Positions 52,701 through 60,466 of a stretch of DNA of 64,000 nt are shown here, piece after piece. The position numbers were made by a program, and so were the translations under genes. The stretch is taken from positions 2,368,001-2,432,000 of the forward strand of contig OY776562.1 of NCBI GenBank assembly GCA_963675785.1, in the 5' to 3' direction. Numbering within the stretch: position 1 is the stretch's first letter; each line of letters begins with the position of its first letter. Source of the DNA: Anaerolineae bacterium (lineage in GTDB: Bacteria; Chloroflexota; Anaerolineae; UBA1429). Below the pieces are notes generated by a model. That model ran no database searches. It was given only the letters and a program-made list of their open reading frames with translations, and was not told the DNA's origin.

Positions 52701-53662
52701 TCGTCAGGCCGTCCGATCCGGCGGTTCAACTTGTAGCGCCCCACACGCCCCAGATCGTACCGACGGGGGCTAAAGAGAAGCTGGTCAAGGTAGCTGGTAG
52801 CATTCTCTAGTGTGGCAGGATCACCAGGACGCATGCGCTTGTAAAAGTCGATCAGCGCATCTTCAGCAGTCGTATTTGGATCGTGCTGCAGCGTGGTAGC
52901 GATAAAAGGATGATCAGCATCCCTGTCTACATCCACAAACAGCGCGAGCAGTGCCTCATTACTCACATCATCCAACAAGGGATCCAACATCTGATCGGGC
53001 ACTGCGCCAAGAGCCTTGAGCAAAACTGTTACGGGGATCTTACGCTTGCGATCAACCTTGACAGAGATCACATCGCGCTTGCTGGTCTCAAATTCAAGCC
53101 AGGCGCCGCGATTCGGAATGAGCTTGGCCATACACAAGCGGCGTCCCGTGGTACGATCTTCTTGTGCCGTATAATAGGCGCCAGGAGAACGAATCAGCTG
53201 CGAGACTACAACGCGCTCTGCACCGTTAATGATAAAAGTCGCATTGTCAGTCATCACAGGAAAGTCGCCCATATAGACTTCCTGCACTTGCTGCTGGCCG
53301 GTTTCGGCGTTCTCAAGAAGTACCGTTACATAGAGTGGGCGAGCATAAGTCGAATCACGCTCACGACACTCGTCTTCGGAATAAGGAGGCTCATCAAAGC
53401 GAAAAGCGAGCCCCCACTCATCGTTAAATGTCTGATCAGAGCCTGGGAAATAAAGCCTGAGGTTTTTGTTAAAGCTCTCGATAGGGGATATTTCATCAAA
53501 GAGTTCTATCAAACCCTCTGAGCAGAACCAGTCATAAGATTGGCGCTGTGCCTTCTTAAGATCGGGAATCGGCACAATGTCGGGAATACGTGCATAGTTT
53601 TTGCGCTGTTTTGCACGCGCGGTACCTGAGGTTTCGGGAGCCGCCATCACCGAGATTGCCAT
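49736..53662 (-). CDS. rpoB: RNA polymerase beta subunit
   Basis: RIF region [27 protein letters not shown]; ATG 53662 with AAGGAG SD. Confidence 0.98.
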   Translation of the reverse strand: MAISVMAAPETSGTARAKQRKNYARIPDIVPIPDLKKAQRQSYDWFCSEGLIELFDEISPIESFNKNLRLYFPGSDQTFNDEWGLAFRFDEPPYSEDECRERDSTYARPLYVTVLLENAETGQQQVQEVYMGDFPVMTDNATFIINGAERVVVSQLIRSPGAYYTAQEDRTTGRRLCMAKLIPNRGAWLEFETSKRDVISVKVDRKRKIPVTVLLKALGAVPDQMLDPLLDDVSNEALLALFVDVDRDADHPFIATTLQHDPNTTAEDALIDFYKRMRPGDPATLENATSYLDQLLFSPRRYDLGRVGRYKLNRRIGRPDDFAIRTLTKRDVLELVKRIIRIDNGLAEPDDIDHLGNRRIKTMGELLQNQLRVGFLRTERVVRERMSTHDQEQVSPVSLINIRPVVAVVREFFGGSQLSQFMSQHNPLDELTHKRTLSALGPGGLRRERAGFDVRDVHYSHYGRICPVETPEGPNIGLIVRLATFAEINDYGFIETPYRVVAHEAPNDKDFLVGRTIRESVSDANGETIIQSGDVITEAAAEALAALDRESFRVHPYATDRVLYLSADEEENSVVAQANSELDELDQFIGDRVSARYYDKFVIENVDRVMHMDVSPKQVFGVSAALIPFLDHDDANRALMGSNMQRQAVPLLNANSPVVGTGMEARAAVDSGQVVLALEDGRVKHASGEEIVVEGESGERVYKLRRFARSNQSTCVDQTPLVNRGDIVRKGDALADAMATEDGELALGQNVLCAFMSWEGGNYEDAIVVSEDCVRKDMFTSIHIEKHEVEARDTKLGPEEITRDIPNVGEDALRNLDEDGIIYVGASVSPGDILVGKITPKGETELTPEEKLLRAIFGEKAREVKDSSLKLPHGEEGKVVEVNVFTRDDNQDLAAGVEKMVRVAVAQRRKIVQGDKIAGRHGNKGVISGIVPIEDMPYLSDGTPVQIILNPLGVPGRMNVGQILETHLGWAAERLGFKVMTPVSDGASEDEIASELARAWLMDRAWADLHVRAWDWVVEDEIDTTLMRDDSEVVLNYLGGLLGAEGMSFSEIDSLFGDEVRVRRFWLSRWLAEKGYNPADALMYEDEKASIAHREAVDTYATEICLRVWLQDEGVDVEGLSRDQTSQQALTKAKEMGAALPTSGKMVLYDGKTGQTFDRPVTVGIIYMLKLNHLVQDKIHARSTGPYSLVTQQPLGGKAQFGGQRFGEMEVWALEAYGAAHTLQEMLTIKSDDVVGRVKTYEAIVKGEPIEDAGVPESFSVLIKELQGLGLAVHVYDDDGAEVSLKHDDTAATMPNLGLGLGFGASMR

Positions 53663-53884
53663 ATGCCACACACTCCTTGAGCACTAGAAGGGTCCCGCCA
53701 CCCGCGCTTTGCGGCGTGCCAGGAACACCCTGCTCACCACACCTGGCTATGGCCAGGAAATGGCTCAACGTAGAATCCGAACAGCATCCCCGAAAACGTC
53801 TACTGCCCAGACAATATGAACGCCGCGTTCAAGAAATCAGCGCGGGTTCATGAGGTATAAATACCGAAAGACTACCAAACTAAC

Positions 53885-53912
53885 ATTATACCGCTCTGAG
53901 GGATAATGTCAA
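53885..53912 (-). promoter_or_regulatory. rpoB promoter TTGACA-16-TATAAT
   Basis: Perfect consensus hexamers ~220 nt upstream of the rpoB start. Confidence 0.75.
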
Positions 53913-53942
53913 ATGGTTTTATCAAACCAATCACAACACACA

Positions 53943-53970
53943 TTGACCCGTTTTCTCCTCACCCTATAAT
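53943..53970 (+). promoter_or_regulatory. Divergent promoter TTGACC-16-TATAAT for the Zn-ribbon/CSD gene
   Basis: Followed by AAGGAG SD and ATG 53992. Confidence 0.7.
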
Positions 53971-53991
53971 AACATCATAAGGAGACGCGCG

Positions 53992-54303
53992 ATGAGACAG
54001 ACCAGTTCCGTATGCAGTTCCTGTGGGATTGAATATCTGGGATTTGATAAGGGCAAGAAATGCCCAGGGTGCCGAAAGCTCGACGAACTGACCCGAGGTG
54101 AGGGCGTCGTCCGTTGGTTTGACCCTCGCCGAGGTTACGGCTTTATCCGTTCGGAGCATCATGGAGATCTCTTTTTCCATCACTCGGATTTGTATGTCCC
54201 TAGGAGATCCATTCACCCCAATGTATCCGTTATCTTTTTGGTGGAACGAACCGATTCGGGCGTACAAGCGCGCCAGGTACACATGAACCAAGACGCAGAA
54301 TGA
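53992..54303 (+). CDS. Cold-shock-domain protein with N-terminal CxxC...CxxC zinc ribbon
   Basis: CSSC...CPGC followed by GVVRWFDPRRGYGFI (RNP1) and DLFFHHS (RNP2). Confidence 0.85.
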   Translation: MRQTSSVCSSCGIEYLGFDKGKKCPGCRKLDELTRGEGVVRWFDPRRGYGFIRSEHHGDLFFHHSDLYVPRRSIHPNVSVIFLVERTDSGVQARQVHMNQDAE

Positions 54304-54327
54304 CGTTTATCGAAGCAATACAGCGTA

Positions 54328-54336
54328 TGCTATAAT
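54328..54336 (+). promoter_or_regulatory. Extended -10 promoter TGcTATAAT
   Basis: 35 nt upstream of ATG 54371, at the head of the argF-cdaA-cdaR-der run. Confidence 0.55.
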
Positions 54337-54370
54337 CGTCAGACCATTGCATTAATCAAGAAAGTAAATC

Positions 54371-55054
54371 ATGGCTGACAAGGAAAATCCATCACTCATC
54401 CCTTATGCCCCCGCCGCCTGGGCAGCCGTGTGCGGTATAGCCGCAAGCGGCTTGGAGTTAACCTCTCTCACTCTGCTGGTAGCACCCATTATGGCCTGGC
54501 TAGCCGCCGATTCACTTGAAGGATTTATCGTTGTCAGCATAAAAAACTGGTGGCAGGATAAATCGCTTCGAGTTCTGTTTGTCGAAGCACTCGTCGTTTT
54601 TGCAATTGCGCTGGGGCTCGTCGCCCATTCAACACAGGCTGTGCTCATCATCATTGGGGCAATCGTCATCAACCTAGCCGCATTACTTTTGCCCAAGAAT
54701 GTAACCCCCACCATCCACCAGGCTACCCGAGTAACGGCTGCCTGGTTGGCGGCCCATGCAAGCCTAGGAATGCTAACCCTGCCGTCGCTCTTGTTGGGAT
54801 TGGGTGTAGGGCTGATGACTGCACTGCGTACAAGTCGGCACATGCTCGTCCCTCGTGTGGCCATGGGCCTCTTGTGGGGGACGTTGGCCGTTGGGCTCTT
54901 CCTCGCCCACCAGCCTCAGTTGGGTGTGCCCGTTGTTGCAGCAGGGCTGGTCGATATAGGTCTCGCGCAAGATATTCCCGATTCTGCTCCCAGTATTGGC
55001 TGGTCAGCAAGTATGCTATTGGGCGCCCTGGCCAGCGCCTACTGGAACATCTGA
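54371..55054 (+). CDS. Hypothetical integral membrane protein
   Basis: 227 aa, ~7 hydrophobic segments; 3 nt gap to the next gene. Confidence 0.65.
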   Translation: MADKENPSLIPYAPAAWAAVCGIAASGLELTSLTLLVAPIMAWLAADSLEGFIVVSIKNWWQDKSLRVLFVEALVVFAIALGLVAHSTQAVLIIIGAIVINLAALLLPKNVTPTIHQATRVTAAWLAAHASLGMLTLPSLLLGLGVGLMTALRTSRHMLVPRVAMGLLWGTLAVGLFLAHQPQLGVPVVAAGLVDIGLAQDIPDSAPSIGWSASMLLGALASAYWNI

Positions 55055-55057
55055 TTC

Positions 55058-55732
55058 ATGACGGCGTTTTGGATTGGAGGACTATTTCTACTGGCGGCAG
55101 CTGCCCTGTATTGGCTGCTGATCAGTACAGAGGGAACCTATCTCGGACCGCAAATAGTAGCCCTTCTCTATGATTGGACCGCACACCGTTATGAGAATAT
55201 TAAAAACGTATCGTTCCTGAACGAAGTTCAATACATCGGTTTGCCCCTGGCAGAACGGTTAGAAGGTATACAGGAGCCTGTCATTCTTGATGTGGCCACC
55301 GGCACAGCACGAGTCGCCAGAGCACTGTTGCGCGGTACGAATCAGAGGGCACACATCATCGGCTTAGACCGCTCACCCGGCATGCTCAAAGAGGCAGCGC
55401 ATATCTGTGAGGACTTGGTTTCGCTTGACCTTGTTCTGGGCGACGCCGCAAACCTCCCCATTGCCGATGGCTGCTGCGATTGCGTTGTCTGTCTTGAGGC
55501 TCTCGAATTCTTTGCCTCACCTGACACGGTATTGCGCGAATTTCTGCGCGTACTCAAGCCCGGCGGGCAACTCTTGGTCTCTAATAGGGTTGGAACGGAT
55601 GCACTGGCCTTTCCAGACCGACTTGCAGGGCGTGGCGATACTGAAAGACGACTGGAAAAAGCTGGCTTGAGCCAGATTCAGACAGAACGCTGGCAAATTC
55701 ATTATGATATCATCTGGGCAGCCAAGCCCTGA
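55058..55732 (+). CDS. Class I SAM methyltransferase with N-terminal TM anchor (UbiE-like)
   Basis: ILDVATGTA, GLDRSPGML, GDAANLP, RVLKPGG. Confidence 0.85.
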   Translation: MTAFWIGGLFLLAAAALYWLLISTEGTYLGPQIVALLYDWTAHRYENIKNVSFLNEVQYIGLPLAERLEGIQEPVILDVATGTARVARALLRGTNQRAHIIGLDRSPGMLKEAAHICEDLVSLDLVLGDAANLPIADGCCDCVVCLEALEFFASPDTVLREFLRVLKPGGQLLVSNRVGTDALAFPDRLAGRGDTERRLEKAGLSQIQTERWQIHYDIIWAAKP

Positions 55733-55754
55733 ATTCTAGATGCGCGGAGGCAAC

Positions 55755-56684
55755 ATGAAAGACAACTGGCTATCTCTTGAGACGCAAACCCCCGACTCGC
55801 TCAATGCCCTGTTGGACCTGGCAGAGAGCCTAAAGGCCCAGCTGCAGGCCGGGGGCAATGAGCCTCTGTTGAGGGGTAAGGCATTGGCCATGCTTTTTAT
55901 GAAACCCTCTTTGAGAACACGCGTTTCCTTTGAGATGGGCATGGAACAGCTCGGGGGACATGCTCTTTATCTTTCACCTGATGAGGTAGGCCTGGGCAAA
56001 CGCGAAAGTGTCGCCGATGTTGCCCGCGTGCTGAGCCGCTTTGTGGATGGCATTATGGCGCGCGTCTTTGCGCATGATGACGTCGTTGAGCTGGCCAAAT
56101 GGGCCTCTATCCCCGTTATCAACGGCCTTTCAGATTACAACCACCCCTGCCAGGGGCTTACTGATCTGTTGACAATTCGTGAGAAATTGGGGTATCTCAA
56201 AGGAGTTTCACTGGCCTATGTCGGCGATGGCAACAATATGACGCATACACTCATGTATGCGGCCGCCTTGACGGGCATGAGACTCACTATTGCTACGCCT
56301 CCTTGTTATGAACCCTTGCAAAACGTTGTGGCACGTGCACTAGAGCTTGCCAAGCAGTATGATACAGGTGCAACGATTACGGTTACCCGTGATTGCACAG
56401 CGGCCGTATATGGCGCTCAGGTTCTATACACTGATACTTGGACCAGTATGGGACAAGAGGAAGAGGAAGAGGAACGGCTCAAGGTTTTTCCGCCTTACCA
56501 GATCAATGCCGAGCTGTTGAGCAAAGCGGCTCCGGACGCTAAGGTGATGCACTGTCTTCCTGCGCATCGCGGACAGGAAATCACAGACGAGATTGCGGAT
56601 GGCGCAGACTCGTGGTTGTTCGATCAGGCTGAGAATCGCTTGCATGCCCAAAAAGCGATACTGGTAACGCTTTTGAAGGACTAG
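55755..56684 (+). CDS. argF: Ornithine carbamoyltransferase
   Basis: [28 protein letters not shown]; ATG 55755 with GGAGG SD. Confidence 0.97.
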   Translation: MKDNWLSLETQTPDSLNALLDLAESLKAQLQAGGNEPLLRGKALAMLFMKPSLRTRVSFEMGMEQLGGHALYLSPDEVGLGKRESVADVARVLSRFVDGIMARVFAHDDVVELAKWASIPVINGLSDYNHPCQGLTDLLTIREKLGYLKGVSLAYVGDGNNMTHTLMYAAALTGMRLTIATPPCYEPLQNVVARALELAKQYDTGATITVTRDCTAAVYGAQVLYTDTWTSMGQEEEEEERLKVFPPYQINAELLSKAAPDAKVMHCLPAHRGQEITDEIADGADSWLFDQAENRLHAQKAILVTLLKD

Positions 56685-56702
56685 CCCCGAAAGGTACAGC
56701 CC

Positions 56703-57551
56703 GTGGCCAATGTTCTGTGGATTCTGCAAAAAATAGATCTCTTGAACATTGTCGACATCCTGCTGGTTGCCGGCATTATCTACATGATCCTGCTGCTCCT
56801 TCGCGGCACGCAGGCCGTCCAATTGCTGCGTGGTGTTATTCTGTTGGTGCTCGTCGTCGCTGTTATCGGCAGCCTGGCAGGCCTTACCGCTTTTAACTGG
56901 TTGATACGCACAGGCGGGCAGTTTCTGGCTATTGCTGTCGCTGTCGTACTACAGCCAGAATTGAGGCGCGCGCTGGAGCGCATCGGTAGAGCCGGCACTG
57001 CCGCATTGTGGCGAGGCCGCGAGCTAGAGCTAGACCTGGTCATACGAGAAATCGCCAGCTGTGCGCAGCATTTGTCAGATCGGCGACACGGCGCACTCAT
57101 CGTCATCGAACGCGAATCTGGCTTGCAGGACGTGATCGAAAGCGGTGTAGAGATCGATAGCAAAGTCACAGATCAACTTTTGCAAACCATCTTTTTCCCC
57201 AACACAGCCCTGCATGACGGCGCCGTTATCATCCGAGCTAACCGTGTTGTTGCAGCGGCCTGTGTATTGCCGCTTGCACAAAATGTATCCACAGGTGCTC
57301 ACATTGGCACAAGACATCGTGCCGCGCTAGGCATCACGGAACAGACCGACGCCCTGGCAATTGTCGTTTCGGAAGAGACTGGCACCATATCGCTAGCTCG
57401 TAGCGGCCGAATGGCGCGCTATCTTGATGAACGAAGACTGACAACACTCTTGCAAAGCCTGCTCTCACCCAAAGTAGAGCGCAAGAGCACGGGACTATGG
57501 CGCTTTATGCCCTATTCCTGGCGCCCAGAAAAAACCGACCGACGCTCTTGA
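56703..57551 (+). CDS. cdaA: Diadenylate cyclase CdaA
   Basis: 3 N-terminal TMs, QPELRRALE, LHDGA, GTRHRAA, VSEETG. Confidence 0.96.
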   Translation: MANVLWILQKIDLLNIVDILLVAGIIYMILLLLRGTQAVQLLRGVILLVLVVAVIGSLAGLTAFNWLIRTGGQFLAIAVAVVLQPELRRALERIGRAGTAALWRGRELELDLVIREIASCAQHLSDRRHGALIVIERESGLQDVIESGVEIDSKVTDQLLQTIFFPNTALHDGAVIIRANRVVAAACVLPLAQNVSTGAHIGTRHRAALGITEQTDALAIVVSEETGTISLARSGRMARYLDERRLTTLLQSLLSPKVERKSTGLWRFMPYSWRPEKTDRRS

Positions 57552-57562
57552 GGGGGCACCCG

Positions 57563-58903
57563 ATGAAAAAATTAAAGTGGGACAACCTCAGCTCCATACT
57601 TCTAGCCATTACACTGGCCCTTATCCTCTGGGTCTATGCCACCTATGAGAACGATGCCCCCTATACCGATATATTTTCGGAAACAATTACTATCCAGATT
57701 CAGAACCAGGATGTCGATATGGCCGTCGTCGATTCCGTCGAGGAAACCGTCCAAGTAACCATACGCGCTTTCCAATCCGATTGGGATACTCTTACGGCAA
57801 ACAGTTTTCGGGCAACCGCAGATTGGGGCGGGCTCGGTGAGGGCGTACACACTGTACCCATCGTAGTGACTTGTTCTGATCCCACAGTGACGATTATAAG
57901 CGTTCAACCCGAGGCAATGTATGTAGAACTCGAACCCATCATCTCGCGAACAGCGCAGATCGATCTGCGGCTCACCGATGAAGACTCGCTTGCGCTGGGT
58001 TATGTGCTGGGTACGCCGGCCGTATCACCAACCACCGTTACTATCAGTGGCCCGGAAAGCGTCATAGAAAAAGTTAGCTCCGTCAGAGCCACTTTGAGCC
58101 TCCTCGACAAAAGCGAGAGCATCGACCAAGATGTAGTGCTTATTGCACTTGATGCCAACGGTGAGATCGTTGGTGGGGTGACAATCTATCCCGAAAAAAC
58201 ACACGTCTCTATAGAGCTGGAACAAACACTCACTTCACGCGAGGTTGCCGTACGCGCCTCCACTACCGGCCAGCCTGCTCGTGGCTACTTTATCAGCGGC
58301 CTCTCTACAGATCCGGCTACCATCACTGTTATTGGGCCGCCATCTATCGTCGAAGATATGTCTGGTCTCATTTCCACTGTGTCCGAGATCGATGTAACCG
58401 ATGCTACGCGCATGATTGCTGAGCGCCTCGAACTCGATCTGCCCGATGAGGTGACAGCCATCGATGAGAACAATGAGCCGCTGACAGAGGTGCTGGTTAC
58501 AGTCGAGATCGATGCCATTACCAGCGGAACCACTATCGAAGTTCCCCTCACAGCTCGCGATCTTTCGGATGGATATGAGGTAGAATTGTCTGTAGAGACA
58601 GTTGATGTTATCCTAACAGGACCGGCTGTTGTCATTGACGAGTTGAACACGGCGCTCGTTGAGGCATATGTCGACTTGAGCGGTCTTGAAGAAGGCACAC
58701 ACCAACTCAAGACATCGGTAGAATTGCTCGTTGCGCAGAATCCGAACCTGGCAGATCTGGTGGTTACCAGTATCTCGCCCGCGTTTGTTGAGGTCACCAT
58801 CCAGTCGCTGGCTACTCCCACGCCAACGCCAACCGTGAAACCGAGCGCCACACCAACCAGAATCGCCACACCGGCACCAACCAAGAACAGCACATCCCCG
58901 TGA
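57563..58903 (+). CDS. cdaR: CdaR/YbbR-like regulator with Thr/Pro-rich C-terminal tail
   Basis: N-terminal TM (LALILWVYA), repeated YbbR domains (P.TVTISGP), directly after cdaA. Confidence 0.88.
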   Translation: MKKLKWDNLSSILLAITLALILWVYATYENDAPYTDIFSETITIQIQNQDVDMAVVDSVEETVQVTIRAFQSDWDTLTANSFRATADWGGLGEGVHTVPIVVTCSDPTVTIISVQPEAMYVELEPIISRTAQIDLRLTDEDSLALGYVLGTPAVSPTTVTISGPESVIEKVSSVRATLSLLDKSESIDQDVVLIALDANGEIVGGVTIYPEKTHVSIELEQTLTSREVAVRASTTGQPARGYFISGLSTDPATITVIGPPSIVEDMSGLISTVSEIDVTDATRMIAERLELDLPDEVTAIDENNEPLTEVLVTVEIDAITSGTTIEVPLTARDLSDGYEVELSVETVDVILTGPAVVIDELNTALVEAYVDLSGLEEGTHQLKTSVELLVAQNPNLADLVVTSISPAFVEVTIQSLATPTPTPTVKPSATPTRIATPAPTKNSTSP

Positions 58904-58927
58904 TGTTGCGATAGAAAATGGAAGCGA

Positions 58928-60265
58928 ATGGCCACTAAACCAATTGTCGCCCTTGTTGGGCGGCCTAACGTAGGGAAATCTACGTTATTTAACCGCCTCG
59001 CAGGCGAACGCATCGCCATCGTCGAGGATTTGCCCGGCACCACGCGAGACCGGCAATACGCTGATGTCGAGTGGCAGGGGCGCATCTTTACCATTGTTGA
59101 CACGGGAGGGCTGGTACTCGGTGACGAGGACAAGCTCGTCGAAGCCGTCAGAGGCCAGGCGCAAATGGCCATCGATGAAGCCGATGTGATCGTTTTTCTC
59201 ACCGACATTACCACCGGCCTCACCCCTGCTGAACATGAAATTGCCGATATCCTGCGACGAACACACAAACCTATCATTCTGACCGCCAACAAGGCCGATA
59301 ACTTAAAACGAGAAATGCTCATTCACGAGTTTTACGAGCTGGGTTTAGGAGAACCCTACCCCATCTCGGCGCTGGGCGGGCTCAGCACGGGCGACTTGCT
59401 GGATAGAATCGTCGAGAGGCTGCCTGAAAGCGGCTCACAAGAAGAAGACGATGATGACTTGCTGAAAATTGCCATCGTCGGACGGCCCAACGTCGGCAAA
59501 TCATCCCTGGTCAATCGTTTGATGGGGGAAGAACGCGTCATCGTTTCTGACATCCCCGGCACCACACGTGATTCGATCGATACCACCATTCGCTTTCACG
59601 GCCAGGATATCAAGCTTATTGATACCGCCGGTATCCGCAAACGTGGCAAAATAGACCAGGGTATTGAGAAATACAGCGTGCTCAGAGCACTGCGCTCTAT
59701 AAGCCGCGCTGATGTGGTACTGCTGCTCCTTGATGCTTCAACTGGTGTTACCGAGCAAGATACGCACGTGGCCGGCTATATCCTCGATGAGGCCAAAAGC
59801 GTGATTGTGTTGGTGAACAAATGGGACCTGGTAGAAAAAGACAGCTATACCATGCTCGAATACGAAAAGCGTGTCCGCAACGAGCTCAAGTTCATGTCAT
59901 GGGTGCCTGTTCTGTTCATCTCGGCACTGTCAGGGCAGCGGGTCGGCAAAGTCATCACTGAAGCCATCCGCATCAATGACCTGCGGCAAAAGCGGCTCAG
60001 CACGACGGAAATCAACGACATCATCCGCAACGCCACCGCACGGCACTCGCCGCCCACAAAATGGGGACGCAAACTGCGTATCTACTTTGGTACCCAGGTA
60101 TCGATGACACCGCCCACATTTGTCATGTTCGTTAATGATGTACGCCTGGTGCACTTTGGCTATGAACGTTACCTGGAGAATCAAATTCGGGAACGGTACA
60201 AGTTCGAGGGGAGCCCTCTCAAGCTAGTCTTCCGAGGACACGAACCTAGAAAAGATGAGAGATAA
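58928..60265 (+). CDS. der: Ribosome biogenesis GTPase Der (EngA)
   Basis: Two GRPNVGKS P-loops, DTGG/DTAG, KH-like C-terminus. Confidence 0.98.
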   Translation: MATKPIVALVGRPNVGKSTLFNRLAGERIAIVEDLPGTTRDRQYADVEWQGRIFTIVDTGGLVLGDEDKLVEAVRGQAQMAIDEADVIVFLTDITTGLTPAEHEIADILRRTHKPIILTANKADNLKREMLIHEFYELGLGEPYPISALGGLSTGDLLDRIVERLPESGSQEEDDDDLLKIAIVGRPNVGKSSLVNRLMGEERVIVSDIPGTTRDSIDTTIRFHGQDIKLIDTAGIRKRGKIDQGIEKYSVLRALRSISRADVVLLLLDASTGVTEQDTHVAGYILDEAKSVIVLVNKWDLVEKDSYTMLEYEKRVRNELKFMSWVPVLFISALSGQRVGKVITEAIRINDLRQKRLSTTEINDIIRNATARHSPPTKWGRKLRIYFGTQVSMTPPTFVMFVNDVRLVHFGYERYLENQIRERYKFEGSPLKLVFRGHEPRKDER

Positions 60266-60292
60266 ACGGCGCACCTGGCCTCCGGTCATCAT

Positions 60293-60326
60293 AAAAAGGG
60301 TATTTCCATTTGGAGATACCTTTTTT
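60293..60326 (+). terminator. Intrinsic terminator after der
   Basis: AAAAAGGGTATTTCC-ATTT-GGAGATACCTTTTTT stem-loop with T-tract. Confidence 0.7.
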
Positions 60327-60466
60327 ATCAATTGAAGAATACCCGGTGTTCGTAACCACCTGTATTCTCACCCATAAAAATACCTGCTTGTAAAACCATT
60401 GCATCAACCTACCAAGTGCCATATCTTGGCTGCATTCGATTGTTGTTCTGTTCAGAGGGGAGAACA

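Noticed and set aside
58285-59322. 345-aa minus-strand ORF (also 61232-62176)
   Set aside because: Antisense to cdaR/der and to GH2; low-complexity translation
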